From Eledone cirrhosa (lineage: Eukaryota), in the NCBI GenBank assembly GCA_964016885.1, contig OZ024744.1:126976001-127040000 (forward strand): a DNA stretch of 64,000 bases, read 5' to 3'. The stretch's first letter is position 1. The number at the start of each line of letters is the position of its first letter. The translations under genes were made by a program, and so were the position numbers. Positions 11,501 to 25,270 of this stretch are shown here, one piece after another. The notes below the pieces were generated by a model. The model was not told the DNA's origin. It searched no databases and saw only the letters and a program-made list of their open reading frames with translations.

Positions 11501-13489
11501 AAGTTAAGTTGGGGGTAAGTTAAGTTGGGGGTAAGTTAAGTTGGGGTTAAATTAAGTTGGGGTTAAGTTAAGTTGGGGTTAAGTTAAGTTGGGGTTAAGT
11601 TAAGTTGGGGTTAAGTTAAGTTGGCGTTAAGTTAAGTTGGGGTAAAGTTAAGTTGGGGTAAAGTTAAGTTGGGGTAAAGTTAAGTTGGGGTTAAGTCAAG
11701 TTGGGGTTAAGTCAAGTTGGGGTTAAGTCAAGTTGGGGTTAAGTCAAGTTGGGGTTAAGTTAAGTTGGGGTTAAGTTAAGTTGGGGGTAAGTTAAGTTGG
11801 GTGTAAGTTAAGTTGGGGTTAAGTTAAGTTGTGGTTAAGTTCAGTTGGGGTTAAGTTAAGCTGGGGGTAAGTTAAGTTGGGTGTAAGTTAAGTTGGGGTT
11901 AAGTTAAGTTGGTTTTAAGTTAAGTTGGGGTTAAATTAAGTTGGGGTTAAGTTAAGTTGGGGTTAGGTTAAGTTGGGGTTAAGTTAAGTTGCGGTTAAGT
12001 TAAGTTGGGGTTAAGTTAAGTTGGGGTTAAGTTAAGTTGGGGTTAAGTTAAGTTGGGGTTAAGTTAAGTTGGAGTTAAGTTAAGTTGGGGTTAACTTAAG
12101 TTGGGGTTAAGTTAAGTTGGGGTTAAGTTAAGTTGGGGGTTAGTTAAGTTGTGGGCAAGTTAAGTTGGGGTTAAGTTGGGGTTAAGTTAAGTTAGGGTTA
12201 AGTTCAGTTGGGGTTGAGTTAAGTTGGGGTTAAGTTAAGTGGTGGTTATGTTAAGTTGTGGGTAAGTTAAGTTGGGGTTAATTTAAGTTGGGGTTAAGTT
12301 GGCGTTAAGTTAAGTTGGGGTTAAGTTAAGTTGGGGTTAAATTAAGTTGGGGTTAAGTTAAGTTGGGGTTAATTTAAGTTGGGGTTAATTTAAGTTGGGG
12401 TTAAGTTAAGTTGGGGTTAAGTTAAGTTGGAGTTAAGTCAAGTTGGGGTTAAGTCAAGTTGGGGTTAAGTCAAGTTGAGGTTAAGTTAAGTTGGAGTTAA
12501 GTTAAGTTGGGGTTAAGTTAATTTGCGGTTAAGTTAGGTTGTGGGTTAAGTTAAGTTGGGGTTAAGTTAAGCTGGGGTTAAGTTGGGGTAAGTTAAGTTG
12601 GGGGTAAGTTAAGTTGGGGTTAAGTTAAGTTGGGGTTAAGTTAAGTTGGGGTTGAGTTAAGTTGGGGTTAAGTTAAGTTGGGGTTAAGTTAAGTTGGGGT
12701 TAAGTTAAGTTGGGGTTAAGTTAAGTTGGGGTTAAGTTAAGTTGGGGGCAAGTTAAGTTGGGGTTAAGTTAAGTTGGGGTTAAGTTAAGTTGGGGTTAAG
12801 TTAAGTTGGGGTTAAGTTAAGTTGGGGTTAAGTTAAGTTGGGGTTAAGTTAAGTTAGGGTTAATTTCAGTTGGGGTTATGTTAAGTTGGGGTTAAGTTAA
12901 TTTGCGGTTAAGTTAGGTTGTGGGTTAAGTTAAGTTGGGGTTATGTTAAGTTGGGGTTAAGTTAAGTTGGGGTTAAGTTAAGTTGGTGTTAAGTAAAGTT
13001 GGGGTTAAGTTAAGTTGTGGGTTAAGTTAAGTTGGGGTTAAGTTAAGTTGGGGTTAAGCTAAGTTGGGGTTAAGTTAATTTGCGGTTAAGTTAGGTTGTG
13101 GGTTAAGTTAAGTTGGGGGTAAGTTAAGTTGGGGGTAAGTTAAGTTGGGGTTAAATTAAGTTGGGGTTAAGTTAAGTTGGGGTTAAGTTAAGTTGGGGTT
13201 AAGTTAAGTTGGCGTTAAGTTAAGTTGGGGTTAATTTAAGTTGGGGTTAAGTTAAGTTGGGGTTAAGTTAAGTTGGGGTTAAGTTAAGTTGGGGTTAAGT
13301 CAAGTTGGGGTTAAGTCAAGTTGGGGTTAAGTCAAGTTGGGGTTAAATTAAGTTGGGGTTAAGTTAAGTTGGGGTTAAGTTAAGTTGGTGTTAAGTAAAG
13401 TTGGGGTTAAGTTAAGTTGTGGGTTAAGTTAAGTTGGGGTTAAGTTAAGTTGGGGTTAAGTTAAGTTGGTGTTAAGTAAAGTTGGGCTT

Positions 13490-16400
13490 AAGTTAAGTTG
13501 GGTTTGAGTTAAGTTGGGGCTAAGTTAAGTTAGGGCTAAGTTAAGTTGGGGTTAAGTTAAGTTGGGGCTAGGTTAAGTTGGGTCTAAGTTGGGGTTAAGT
13601 TAAGTTGGGGTTAATTTAAGTTGGGGTTAAATTAAGTTGGGGTTAAGTTAAGTTGGGGTTAAGCTAAGTTGGGGTTAAGTTAATTTGCGGTTAAGTTAGG
13701 TTGTGGGTTAAGTTAAGTTGGGGGTAAGTTAAGTTGGGGGTAAGTTAAGTTGGGGGTAAGTTAAGTTGGGGTTAAGTTAAGTTGGGGTTAAGTTAAGTTG
13801 GGGTTAAGTTAAGTTGGCGTTAAGTTAAGTTGGGGTAAAGTTAAGTTGGGGTAAAGTTAAGTTGGGGTAAAGTTAAGTTTGGGTTAAGTTAAGTTGGGGT
13901 TAAGTTAAGTTGGGGTTAACTTAAGTTGGGGTTAAGTTGGGGTTAAGTTAAGTTGGGGTTAAGTCAAGTTGGGGTTAAGTCAAGTTGGGGTTAAGTTAAG
14001 TTGGGGTTACGTTAAGTTGGGGGTAAGTTAAGTTGGGTGTAAGTTAAGTTGGGGTTAAGTTAAGCTGGGGGTAAGTTAAGTTGGGTGTAAGTTAAGTTGG
14101 GGTTAAGTTAAGTTGGGGTTAAGTTAAGTTGGGGTTAAATTAAGTTGGGGTTAAGTTAAGTTGGGGTTATGTTAAGTTGGGGTTAAGTTAAGTTGGAGTT
14201 AAGTTAAGTTGGGGTTAAGCTAAGTTGGGGTTAAGTTAATTTGCGGTTAATTTAGGTTGTGGGTTAAGTTAAGTTGGGGTTAAGTTGGGGTAAGTTAAGT
14301 TGGGGTAACTTAAGTTGGGGGTAAGTTAAGTTGGAGTTAAGTCAAGTTGGGGTTAAGTCAAGTTGGGGTTAAGTTAAGTTGGGGTTAAGTTAAGTTGGGG
14401 TTAAGTTAAGTTGGGGGTAAGTTAAGTTGGGGGTAAGTTAAGTTGGGGGCAAGTTAAGTTGGGGTTAAGTTAAGTTGGGGTTAAGTTAAGTTGGGGTTAA
14501 GTTAAGTTGGGGTTAAGTTAAGTTAGGGTTAATTTCAGTTGGGGTTATGTTAAGTTGGGGTTAAGTTAAGTTGGGGTTAAGTTAAAGTTGGGGTTAAGTT
14601 AAGTTGGGGTTAAGTTAAGTTGGGGTTAAGTTAAGTTGGGGTTAAGTTAAGTTGGGGTTAAGTTAAGTTGGGGTTAAGTTAAGTTGGGGTTAAGTTAAGT
14701 TGGGGTAGAGTTAAGTTGGGGTTGAGTTAAGTTGGGGCTAAATTAATTTGTGGTTAAGTTAAGTTGGGGTTAAGTTAAGTTGGGGTTAAGTTAAGTTAGG
14801 GTTAATTTCAGTTGGGGTTATGTTAAGTTGGGGTTAAGTTAAGTTGGGGTTAAGTTAAAGTTGGGGTTAAGTTAAGTTGGGGTAAAGTTAAGTTAGGGTT
14901 AAGTTAAGTTGGGGTTAATTTAAGTTGGGGTTAAATTAAGTTGGGGTTAAGTTAAGTTGGGGTTAAGTTAAGTTGGGGTTAAATTAAGTTGGGGTTCAGT
15001 TAAGTTGGGGTTAAATTAAGTTGGGGTTAAGTTAAGTTGGGGTTAGTTAAGTTGGGGTTAAGTTAAGTTGGGGTTAAGTTAAGTTGGGGTTAAGTTAAGT
15101 TGGCGTTAAGTTAAGTTGGGGTTAAGTTAAGTTGGGGTTCAATTAAGTTGGGGCTAAGTTAAGTTGGGGTTAATTTAAGTTGGGGTTAAGTTAAGTTGGG
15201 GTTAAGTTAAGTTGGAGTTAAGTCAAGTTGGAGTTAAGTCAAGTTGGGGTTAAGTCAAGTTGGGGTTAAGTCAAGTTGGGGTTAAGTCAAGTTGGGGTTA
15301 AGTTGGGGTTAAGTTAAGTTGGGGTTAAGTTAAGTTGGGGGTAAGTTAAGTTGGGTGTAAGTTAAGTTGGGGTTCAGTTCAGTTGGAGTTAAGTTAAGTT
15401 GGAGTTAAGTTAAGTTGGAGTTAAGTTAAGTTGGGGTTAAGCTAAGTTGGGGTTCAGTTAAGTTGGGGTTAAGTTAATTTGGGGCTGAGTTAAGTTGGGG
15501 TTAAGTTAAGTTGGGGTTAAGTTAAGTTGGGGTTAAGTTAAGTTGGGGTTAAGTTAAGTTGGGGTTAAGATAAGTTGGGGTTAAGTTGGTGTTAAGTTAA
15601 GGTTGAGTTAATTTGGGGTTAAGTTAAGTTGGGGTTAACTTAAGTTGGGGTTAAGTTAAGTTGGGGTTAAGTTAAGTTGGGGGTAAGTTAAGTTGGGGGC
15701 AAGTTGAGTTGGGGTTAAGTTAAATTGGGGTTAAGTTAAGGTGCGGGTAAGTTAAGTTGGGGGTAAGTTAAGTTGGGGTTAAGTTAAGTTGGGGTTAAGT
15801 TAAGTTTGGTTTAATTTAAGTTGGGGCTAAGTTAAGTTGGGTCTAAGTTAAGTTGGGGCTGAGTTAAGTTGGGGTTAAGTTAAGTTGGGGTTGAGTTAAG
15901 TTGGGGTTAACTTAAGTTGGGGTTAAGTTGGGGTTAAGTTAAGCTGGGGTTAAGTTAAGTTGGGGGTTAGTTAAGTTGGGGGCAACTTAAGTTGGGGTTA
16001 ATTTAAGTTGGGGTTAAGTTAAGTTGGGGTTAAGTTAAGTTGGGGGTAAGTTAAGTTGGGGTTAAGTTAAGTTGGGGGTAAGTTAAATTGAGGGTAAGTT
16101 AAGTTGGGGTTATGTTAAGTTGGGGTAAAGTTAAGTTGGGGTTAAGTCAAGTTGGGGTTAAGTCAAGTTGGGGTTAAGTCAAGTTGGGGTTAAGTCAAGT
16201 TGGGGTTAAGTCAAGTTGGGGTTAAGTTAAGTTGGGGTTAAGTTAAGTTGGGGGTAAGTTAAGTTGGGTGTAAGTTAAGTTGGGGTTAAGTTAAGTTGTG
16301 GTTAAGTTCAGTTGGGGTTAAGTTAAGCTGGGGGTAAGTTAAGTTGGGTGTAAGTTAAGTTGGGGTTAAGTTAAGTTGGTTTTAAGTTAAGTTGGGGTTA

Positions 16401-19400
16401 AATTAAGTTGGGGTTAAGTTAAGTTGGGGTTAGGTTAAGTTGGGGTTAAGTTAAGTTGCGGTTAAGTTAAGTTGGGGTTAAGTTAAGTTGGGGTTAAGTT
16501 AAGTTGGGGTTAAGTTAAGTTGGAGTTAAGTTAAGTTGGGGTTAACTTAAGTTGGGGTTAAGTTAAGTTGGGGTTAAGTTAAGTTGGGGTTAAGTTAAGT
16601 TGGGGGTTAGTTAAGTTGTGGGCAAGTTAAGTTGGGGTTAAGTTGGGGTTAAGTTAAGTTAGGGTTAAGTTCAGTTGGGGTTGAGTTAAGTTGGGGTTAA
16701 GTTAAGTGGTGGTTATGTTAAGTTGTGGGTAAGTTAAGTTGGGGTTAATTTAAGTTGGGTTTGAGTTAAGTTGGGGCTAAGTTAAGTTAGGGCTAAGTTA
16801 AGTTGGGGTTAAGTTAAGTTGGGGCTAGGTTAAGTTGGGTCTAAGTTGGGGTTAAGTTAAGTTGGGGTTAAGTTAAGTTGGGGTTAAATTAAGTTGGGGT
16901 TAAGTTAAGTTGGGGTTAAGCTAAGTTGGGGTTAAGTTAATTTGCGGTTAAGTTAGGTTGTGGGTTAAGTTAAGTTGGGGGTAAGTTAAGTTGGGGGTAA
17001 GTTAAGTTGGGGGTAAGTTAAGTTGGGGTTAAGTTAAGTTGGGGTTAAGTTAAGTTGGGGTTAAGTTAAGTTGGCGTTAAGTTAAGTTGGGGTAAAGTTA
17101 AGTTGGGGTAAAGTTAAGTTGGGGTAAAGTTAAGTTTGGGTTAAGTTAAGTTGGGGTTAAGTTAAGTTGGGGTTAACTTAAGTTGGGGTTAAGTTGGGGT
17201 TAAGTTAAGTTGGGGTTAAGTCAAGTTGGGGTTAAGTCAAGTTGGGGTTAAGTTAAGTTGGGGTTACGTTAAGTTGGGGGTAAGTTAAGTTGGGTGTAAG
17301 TTAAGTTGGGGTTAAGTTAAGCTGGGGGTAAGTTAAGTTGGGTGTAAGTTAAGTTGGGGTTAAGTTAAGTTGGGGTTAAGTTAAGTTGGGGTTAAATTAA
17401 GTTGGGGTTAAGTTAAGTTGGGGTTATGTTAAGTTGGGGTTAAGTTAAGTTGGAGTTAAGTTAAGTTGGGGTTAAGCTAAGTTGGGGTTAAGTTAATTTG
17501 CGGTTAATTTAGGTTGTGGGTTAAGTTAAGTTGGGGTTAAGTTGGGGTAAGTTAAGTTGGGGTAACTTAAGTTGGGGGTAAGTTAAGTTGGAGTTAAGTC
17601 AAGTTGGGGTTAAGTCAAGTTGGGGTTAAGTTAAGTTGGGGTTAAGTTAAGTTGGGGTTAAGTTAAGTTGGGGGTAAGTTAAGTTGGGGGTAAGTTAAGT
17701 TGGGGGCAAGTTAAGTTGGGGTTAAGTTAAGTTGGGGTTAAGTTAAGTTGGGGTTAAGTTAAGTTGGGGTTAAGTTAAGTTAGGGTTAATTTCAGTTGGG
17801 GTTATGTTAAGTTGGGGTTAAGTTAAGTTGGGGTTAAGTTAAAGTTGGGGTTAAGTTAAGTTGGGGTTAAGTTAAGTTGGGGTTAAGTTAAGTTGGGGTT
17901 AAGTTAAGTTGGGGTTAAGTTAAGTTGGGGTTAAGTTAAGTTGGGGTTAAGTTAAGTTGGGGTTAAGTTAAGTTGGGGTAGAGTTAAGTTGGGGTTGAGT
18001 TAAGTTGGGGCTAAATTAATTTGTGGTTAAGTTAAGTTGGGGTTAAGTTAAGTTGGGGTTAAGTTAAGTTAGGGTTAATTTCAGTTGGGGTTATGTTAAG
18101 TTGGGGTTAAGTTAAGTTGGGGTTAAGTTAAAGTTGGGGTTAAGTTAAGTTGGGGTAAAGTTAAGTTAGGGTTAAGTTAAGTTGGGGTTAATTTAAGTTG
18201 GGGTTAAATTAAGTTGGGGTTAAGTTAAGTTGGGGTTAAGTTAAGTTGGGGTTAAATTAAGTTGGGGTTCAGTTAAGTTGGGGTTAAATTAAGTTGGGGT
18301 TAAGTTAAGTTGGGGTTAGTTAAGTTGGGGTTAAGTTAAGTTGGGGTTAAGTTAAGTTGGGGTTAAGTTAAGTTGGCGTTAAGTTAAGTTGGGGTTAAGT
18401 TAAGTTGGGGTTCAATTAAGTTGGGGCTAAGTTAAGTTGGGGTTAATTTAAGTTGGGGTTAAGTTAAGTTGGGGTTAAGTTAAGTTGGAGTTAAGTCAAG
18501 TTGGAGTTAAGTCAAGTTGGGGTTAAGTCAAGTTGGGGTTAAGTCAAGTTGGGGTTAAGTCAAGTTGGGGTTAAGTTGGGGTTAAGTTAAGTTGGGGTTA
18601 AGTTAAGTTGGGGGTAAGTTAAGTTGGGTGTAAGTTAAGTTGGGGTTCAGTTCAGTTGGAGTTAAGTTAAGTTGGAGTTAAGTTAAGTTGGAGTTAAGTT
18701 AAGTTGGGGTTAAGCTAAGTTGGGGTTCAGTTAAGTTGGGGTTAAGTTAATTTGGGGCTGAGTTAAGTTGGGGTTAAGTTAAGTTGGGGTTAAGTTAAGT
18801 TGGGGTTAAGTTAAGTTGGGGTTAAGTTAAGTTGGGGTTAAGATAAGTTGGGGTTAAGTTGGTGTTAAGTTAAGGTTGAGTTAATTTGGGGTTAAGTTAA
18901 GTTGGGGTTAACTTAAGTTGGGGTTAAGTTAAGTTGGGGTTAAGTTAAGTTGGGGGTAAGTTAAGTTGGGGGCAAGTTGAGTTGGGGTTAAGTTAAATTG
19001 GGGTTAAGTTAAGGTGGGGGTAAGTTAAGTTGGGGGTAAGTTAAGTTGGGGTTAAGTTAAGTTGGGGTTAAGTTAAGTTTGGTTTAATTTAAGTTGGGGC
19101 TAAGTTAAGTTGGGTCTAAGTTAAGTTGGGGCTGAGTTAAGTTGGGGTTAAGTTAAGTTGGGGTTGAGTTAAGTTGGGGTTAACTTAAGTTGGGGTTAAG
19201 TTGGGGTTAAGTTAAGCTGGGGTTAAGTTAAGTTGGGGGTTAGTTAAGTTGGGGGCAACTTAAGTTGGGGTTAATTTAAGTTGGGGTTAAGTTAAGTTGG
19301 GGTTAAGTTAAGTTGGGGGTAAGTTAAGTTGGGGTTAAGTTAAGTTGGGGGTAAGTTAAATTGAGGGTAAGTTAAGTTGGGGTTATGTTAAGTTGGGGTA

Positions 19401-20030
19401 AAGTTAAGTTGGGGTTAAGTCAAGTTGGGGTTAAGTCAAGTTGGGGTTAAGTCAAGTTGGGGTTAAGTCAAGTTGGGGTTAAGTCAAGTTGGGGTTAAGT
19501 TAAGTTGGGGTTAAGTTAAGTTGGGGGTAAGTTAAGTTGGGTGTAAGTTAAGTTGGGGTTAAGTTAAGTTGTGGTTAAGTTCAGTTGGGGTTAAGTTAAG
19601 CTGGGGGTAAGTTAAGTTGGGTGTAAGTTAAGTTGGGGTTAAGTTAAGTTGGTTTTAAGTTAAGTTGGGGTTAAATTAAGTTGGGGTTAAGTTAAGTTGG
19701 GGTTAGGTTAAGTTGGGGTTAAGTTAAGTTGCGGTTAAGTTAAGTTGGGGTTAAGTTAAGTTGGGGTTAAGTTAAGTTGGGGTTAAGTTAAGTTGGAGTT
19801 AAGTTAAGTTGGGGTTAACTTAAGTTGGGGTTAACTTAAGTTGGGGTTAAGTTAAGTTGGGGTTAAGTTAAGTTGGGGGTTAGTTAAGTTGTGGGCAAGT
19901 TAAGTTGGGGTTAAGTTGGGGTTAAGTTAAGTTAGGGTTAAGTTCAGTTGGGGTTGAGTTAAGTTGGGGTTAAGTTAAGTGGTGGTTATGTTAAGTTGTG
20001 GGTAAGTTAAGTTGGGGTTAATTTAAGTTG
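13490..20030 (+). repeat. Tandem duplication, period 3,257-3,273 bp
   Basis: GGTTACG has its C at 14010 and 17267 (offset 3,257). TGGGGTAGAG occurs at 14701 and 17974, and a shared deletion GGTTGAG at 15601 and 18874 (offset 3,273). Confidence 0.88.
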
Positions 20031-20149
20031 GGGTTAAGTTGGCGTTAAGTTAAGTTGGGGTTAAGTTAAGTTGGGGTTAAATTAAGTTGGGGTTAAGTTA
20101 AGTTGGGGTTAATTTAAGTTGGGGTTAATTTAAGTTGGGGTTAAGTTAA

Positions 20150-22900
20150 GTTGGGGTTAAGTTAAGTTGGAGTTAAGTCAAGTTGGGGTTAAGTCAAGTT
20201 GGGGTTAAGTCAAGTTGAGGTTAAGTTAAGTTGGAGTTAAGTTAAGTTGGGGTTAAGTTAATTTGCGGTTAAGTTAGGTTGTGGGTTAAGTTAAGTTGGG
20301 GTTAAGTTAAGCTGGGGTTAAGTTGGGGTAAGTTAAGTTGGGGGTAAGTTAAGTTGGGGGTAAGTTAAGTTGGGGTTAAGTTAAGTTGGGGTTAAGTTAA
20401 GTTGGGGTTGAGTTAAGTTGGGGTTAAGTTAAGTTGGGGTTAAGTTAAGTTGGGGTTAAGTTAAGTTGGGGTTAAGTTAAGTTGGGGTTAAGTTAAGTTG
20501 GGGGCAAGTTAAGTTGGGGTTAAGTTAAGTTGGGGTTAAGTTAAGTTGGGGTTAAGTTAAGTTGTGGTTAAGTTAAGTTGGGGTTAAGTTAAGTTAGGGT
20601 TAATTTCAGTTGGGGTTATGTTAAGTTGGGGTTAAGTTAATTTGCGGTTAAGTTAGGTTGTGGGTTAAGTTAAGTTGGGGTTATGTTAAGTTGGGGTTAA
20701 GTTAAGTTGGGGTTAAGTTAAGTTGGTGTTAAGTAAAGTTGGGGTTAAGTTAAGTTGTGGGTTAAGTTAAGTTGGGGTTAAGTTAAGTTGGGGTTAAGCT
20801 AAGTTGGGGTTAAGTTAATTTGCGGTTAAGTTAGGTTGTGGGTTAAGTTAAGTTGGGGGTAAGTTAAGTTGGGGGTAAGTTAAGTTGGGGTTAAATTAAG
20901 TTGGGGTTAAGTTAAGTTGGGGTTAAGTTAAGTTGGGGTTAAGTTAAGTTGGCGTTAAGTTAAGTTGGGGTTAAGTTAAGTTGGGGTTAAGTTAAGTTGG
21001 GGTTAAGTTAAGTTGGGGTTAAGTTAAGTTGGGGTTAAGTCAAGTTGGGGTTAAGTCAAGTTGGGGTTAAATTAAGTTGGGGTTAAGTTAAGTTGGGGTT
21101 AAGTTAAGTTGGTGCTAAGTAAAGTTGGGGTTAAGTTAAGTTGTGGGTTAAGTTAAGTTGGGGTTAAGTTAAGTTGGGGTTAAGTTAAGTTGGTGTTAAG
21201 TAAAGTTGGGCTTAAGTTAAGTTGGGTTTGAGTTAAGTTGGGGCTAAGTTAAGTTAGGGCTAAGTTAAGTTGGGGTTAAGTTAAGTTGGGGCTAGGTTAA
21301 GTTGGGTCTAAGTTAAGTTGGGGTTAAGTTAAGTTGGGGTTAAGTTAAGTTGGGGTTAAATTAAGTTGGGGTTAAGTTAAGTTGGGGTTAAGCTAAGTTG
21401 GGGTTAAGTTAATTTGCGGTTAAGTTAGGTTGTGGGTTAAGTTAAGTTGCGGGTAAGTTAAGTTGGGGGTAAGTTAAGTTGGGGGTAAGTTAAGTTGGGG
21501 TTCAGTTAAGTTGGGGTTAAGTTAAGTTGGGGTTAAGTTAAGTTGGCGTTAAGTTAAGTTGGGGTAAAGTTAAGTTGGGGTTACGTTAAGTTGGGGGTAA
21601 GTTAAGTTGGGTGTAAGTTAAGTTGGGGTTAAGTTAAGCTGGGGTTAAGTTAAGTTGGGGTTAAATTAAGTTGGGGTTAAGTTAAGTTGGGGTTATGTTA
21701 AGTTGGGGTTAAGTTAAGTTGGGGTTAAGTTATATTGGGGTTAAGTTAAGTTGAGGTTAAGTTAAGTTGGAGTTAAGTTAAGTTGGGGTTAAGCTAAGTT
21801 GGGGTTAAGTTAATTTGCGGTTAATTTAGGTTGTGGGTTAAGTTAAGTTGGGGTTAAGTTGGGGTAAGTTAAGTTGGGGTAACTTAAGTTGGGGGTAAGT
21901 TAAGTTGGAGTTAAGTCAAGTTGGGGTTAAGTCAAGTTGGGGTTAAGTTAAGTTGGGGTTAAGTTAAGTTGGGGTTAAGTTAAGTTGGGGGTAAGTTAAG
22001 TTGGGGGTAAGTTAAGTTGGGGGCAAGTTAAGTTGGGGTTAAGTTAAGTTGGGATTAAGTTAAGTTGGGGTTAAGTTAAGTTGGGGTTAAGTTTAGTTAG
22101 GGTTAATTTCAGTTGGGGTTATGTTAAGTTTGGGTTAAGTTAAGTTGGGGTTAAGTTAAAGTTGGGGTTAAGTTAAGTTGGGGTTAAGTTAAGTTGGGGT
22201 TAAGTTAAGTTGGGGTTAAGTTAAGTTGGGGTTAAGTTAAGTTGGGGTTAAGTTAAGTTGGGGTTAAGTTAAGTTGGGGTTAAGTTAAGTTGGGGTAGAG
22301 TTAAGTTGGGGTTGAGTTAAGTTGGGGTTAAGTTGGGGTTAAGTTAAGTTGGGGTTAAGTTAAGTTGGGGGTAACTTAAGTTGGGTGTAAGTTAAGTTGG
22401 GGTTAAGTTAAGTTGGGGTTCAGTTCAGTTGGAGTTAAGTTAAGTTGGAGTTAAGTTAAGTTGGAGTTAAGTTAAGTTGGGGTTAAGCTAAGTTGGGGTT
22501 CAGTTAAGTTGGGGTTAAGTTAATTTGGGGCTGAGTTAAGTTGGGGTTAAGTTAAGTTGGGGTTAAGTTAAGTTGGGGTTAAGTTAAGTTGGGGTTAAGT
22601 TAAGTTGGGGTTAAGATAAGTTGGGGTTAAGTTGGTGTTAAGTTAAGTTGGGGTTGAGTTAATTTGGGGTTAAGTTAAGTTGGGGTTAACTTAAGTTGGG
22701 GTTAAGTTAAGTTGGGGTTAAGTTAAGTTGGGGGTAAGTTAAGTTGGGGGCAAGTTGAGTTGGGGTTAAGTTAAATTGGGGTTAAGTTAAGGTGGGGGTA
22801 AGTTAAGTTGGGGGTAAGTTAAGTTGGGGTTAAGTTAAGTTGGGGTTAAGTTAAGTTTGGTTTAATTTAAGTTGGGGCTAAGTTAAGTTGGGTCTAAGTT
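20150..22900 (+). repeat. Higher-order block duplicated at ~25290-28040 (offset ~5,155)
   Basis: Rare variants TATATTGGGG at 21731 and 26886, and GTTTAGTTAGGG at 22091 and 27246. GTTGCGGGTAAG is present in both copies. Confidence 0.85.
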
Positions 22901-23029
22901 AAGTTGGGGTTAAGTTAAGTTGGGGTTAAGTTAAGTTGAAGGTAAGTTAAGTTGGGGTTAAGTTGAGGGTAAGTTAAGTTGGGGTTAAGTTAAGTTGGGG
23001 GTAAGTTAAGTTGGGGGTAAGTTAAGTTG

Positions 23030-25270
23030 GGGTTCAGTTCAGTTGGGGTTAAGTTAAGTTGGGGTTAAGTTAAGCTGGGGGTAAGTTAAGTTGGGTGTAA
23101 GTTAAGTTGGGGTTATGTTAAGTTGGGGTTAAGTTAAGTTGGGGTTAAGTTAAGTTGAAGGTAAGTTAAGTTGGGGTTAAGTTGAGGGTAAGTTAAGTTG
23201 GGGTTAAGTTAAGTTGGGGGTAAGTTAAGTTGGGGGTAAGTTAAGTTGGGGTTAAGTTAAGTTGGGGTTAAATTAAGTTGAGGTTAAGTTAAGTTGGGGT
23301 TAAGTTAAATTGGGGTTAATTTAAGTTGGGGCTAAGTTAAGTTGGGGCTAAGTCAAGTTGGGGTTAAGTCAAGTTGAGGTTAACTTAAGTTGGGGTTATG
23401 TTAAGTTGGGGTTAAGTTGGGGCTAAGTTAAGTTGGGGCTGAGTTAAGTTGGGGTTAATTTAAGTTGGGGTTGATTTAAGTTGGGGTTAAGTTAAGTTGG
23501 GATTAAGTTAAGTTGGGGTTAAGTTAAGTTCGGCTTGAGTTAAGTTGGGGTTAAGTTAAGTTGGGGTTAATTTAAGTTGGGGTTAAGTTAAGTTGGGGTT
23601 AAGTTAAGTTGGGGTTAAGATAAGTTGGGGTTAAGTTAAGTTGGGGTTAAGTTAAGTTGGGGTTGAGTTAATTTGGGGTTAAGTTAAGTTGGGGTTAACT
23701 TAAGTTGGGGTTAAGTTGGGGTTAAGTTAAGTTGGGGTTAAGTTAATTTGGGGTTAAGTTAAGTTGGGGGTAGCTTAAGTTGGGGGCAAGTTAAGTTGGG
23801 GTTAAGTTAAGTTGGGGTTAAGTTAAGTTGGGTTTAAGTTAAGTTGGGGCTGAGTTAAGTTGGGGTTAAGTTAAGTTGGGGTTGAGTTAAGTTGGGGTTG
23901 AGTTAAGTTAGGGTTGAGTTAAGTTGGGGTTGAGTTAAGTTGGGGTTGAGTTAAGTTGGGGTTAAGTTAAGTTGGGGTTAAGTTAAGTTGGGGTTAAGTT
24001 AAGTTGGGGTTAAGTTAATTTGCGGTTAAGTTAGGTTGTGGGTTAAGTTAAGTTGGGTTTAAGTTAAGCTGGGGTTAAGTTGGGGTAAGTTAAGTTGGGG
24101 GTAAGTTAAGTTGGGGTTAAGTTAAGTTGGGGTTAAGTTAAGTTGGGGTTAAGTTAAGTTGGGGTTGAGTTAAGTTGGGATTGAGTTAAGTTGGGGTTAA
24201 TTTAAGTTGGGGTTAAGTTAAGTTGGGGTTAAGTTAAGTTGGGGTTAAGTTAAGTTGGGGGTAATTTAAGTTGGGGTTAAGTTAATTTGCGGTTAAGCTG
24301 GGGTTAAGTTGGGGTAATTAAGTTGGGGTTAAGTTAAGTTGGGGTTAAGTTAAGTTGGGGTTAAGTTAAGTTGGGGGTAAGTTAAGTTGGGGGCAATTTA
24401 AGTTGGGATTAAGTTAAGTTGGGGTTAAGTTAAGTTGGGGTTAAGTTAAGTTGGGGTTAAGTTAAGTTGGGGTTAAGTTAAGTTAGGGTTAATTTCAGTT
24501 GGGGTTTTGTTAAGTTGGGGTTAAGTTAAGTTGGGGTTAAGTTAAAGTTGGGGTTAAGTTAAGTTGGGGTTAAGTTAAGTTAGGGTTAATTTCAGTTGGG
24601 GTTATGTTAAGTTGGGGTTAAGTTGGGGTTAAGTTAAGTTGGGGGTAAGTTAAGTGGGGTGTAAGTTAAGTTGGGGTTAAGTTAAGTTGGGGTTCAGTTC
24701 AGTTGGGGTTAAGTTAAGTTGGGGTTAAGTTAAGCTGGGGGTAAGTTAAGTTGGGTGTAAGTTAAGTTGGCGTTAAGTTAAGTTGGGGTTAAGTTAAGTT
24801 GGGGGTTAGTTAAGTTGGGGGCAAGTTAAGTTGGGGTTAATTTAAGTTGGGGTTAAGTTAAGTTGGGGTTATGTTAAGTTGGGGTTAAGTTAAGTTGGGG
24901 GTAAGTTAAGTTGAGGGTAAGTTAAGTTGGGGTTAAGTTAAGTTGGGGTTAAATTAAGTTGGGGGTAAGTTAAGTTGGGGGTAAGTTAAGTTGGGGTTAA
25001 GTTAAGTTGGGATTAAATTAAGTTGAGGTTAAGTTAAGTTGGGGTTAAGTTAAATTGGGGTTAATTTAAGTTGGGGGTAAGATAAGTTGGGGCTAAGTTA
25101 AGTTGGGGCTAAGTCAAGTTGGGGTTAAGTCAAGTTGAGGTTAACTTAAGTTGGGGTTATGTTAAGTTGGGGTTAAGTTGGGGCTAAGTTAAGTTGGGGC
25201 TGAGTTAAGTTGGGGTTAAGTTAAGTTGGGGTTGAGTTAAGTTGGGGTTAAGTTAAGTTGGGATTAAGTT
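23030..25270 (+). repeat. Higher-order block duplicated at ~29630-31870 (offset 6,602) and again at ~34570-36790
   Basis: GAAGGTAAG at 23157 and 29759. TTGATTTAAG at 23471 and 30073. TTCGGCTTGAG has its C at 23531, 30133 and 35069. Confidence 0.85.
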
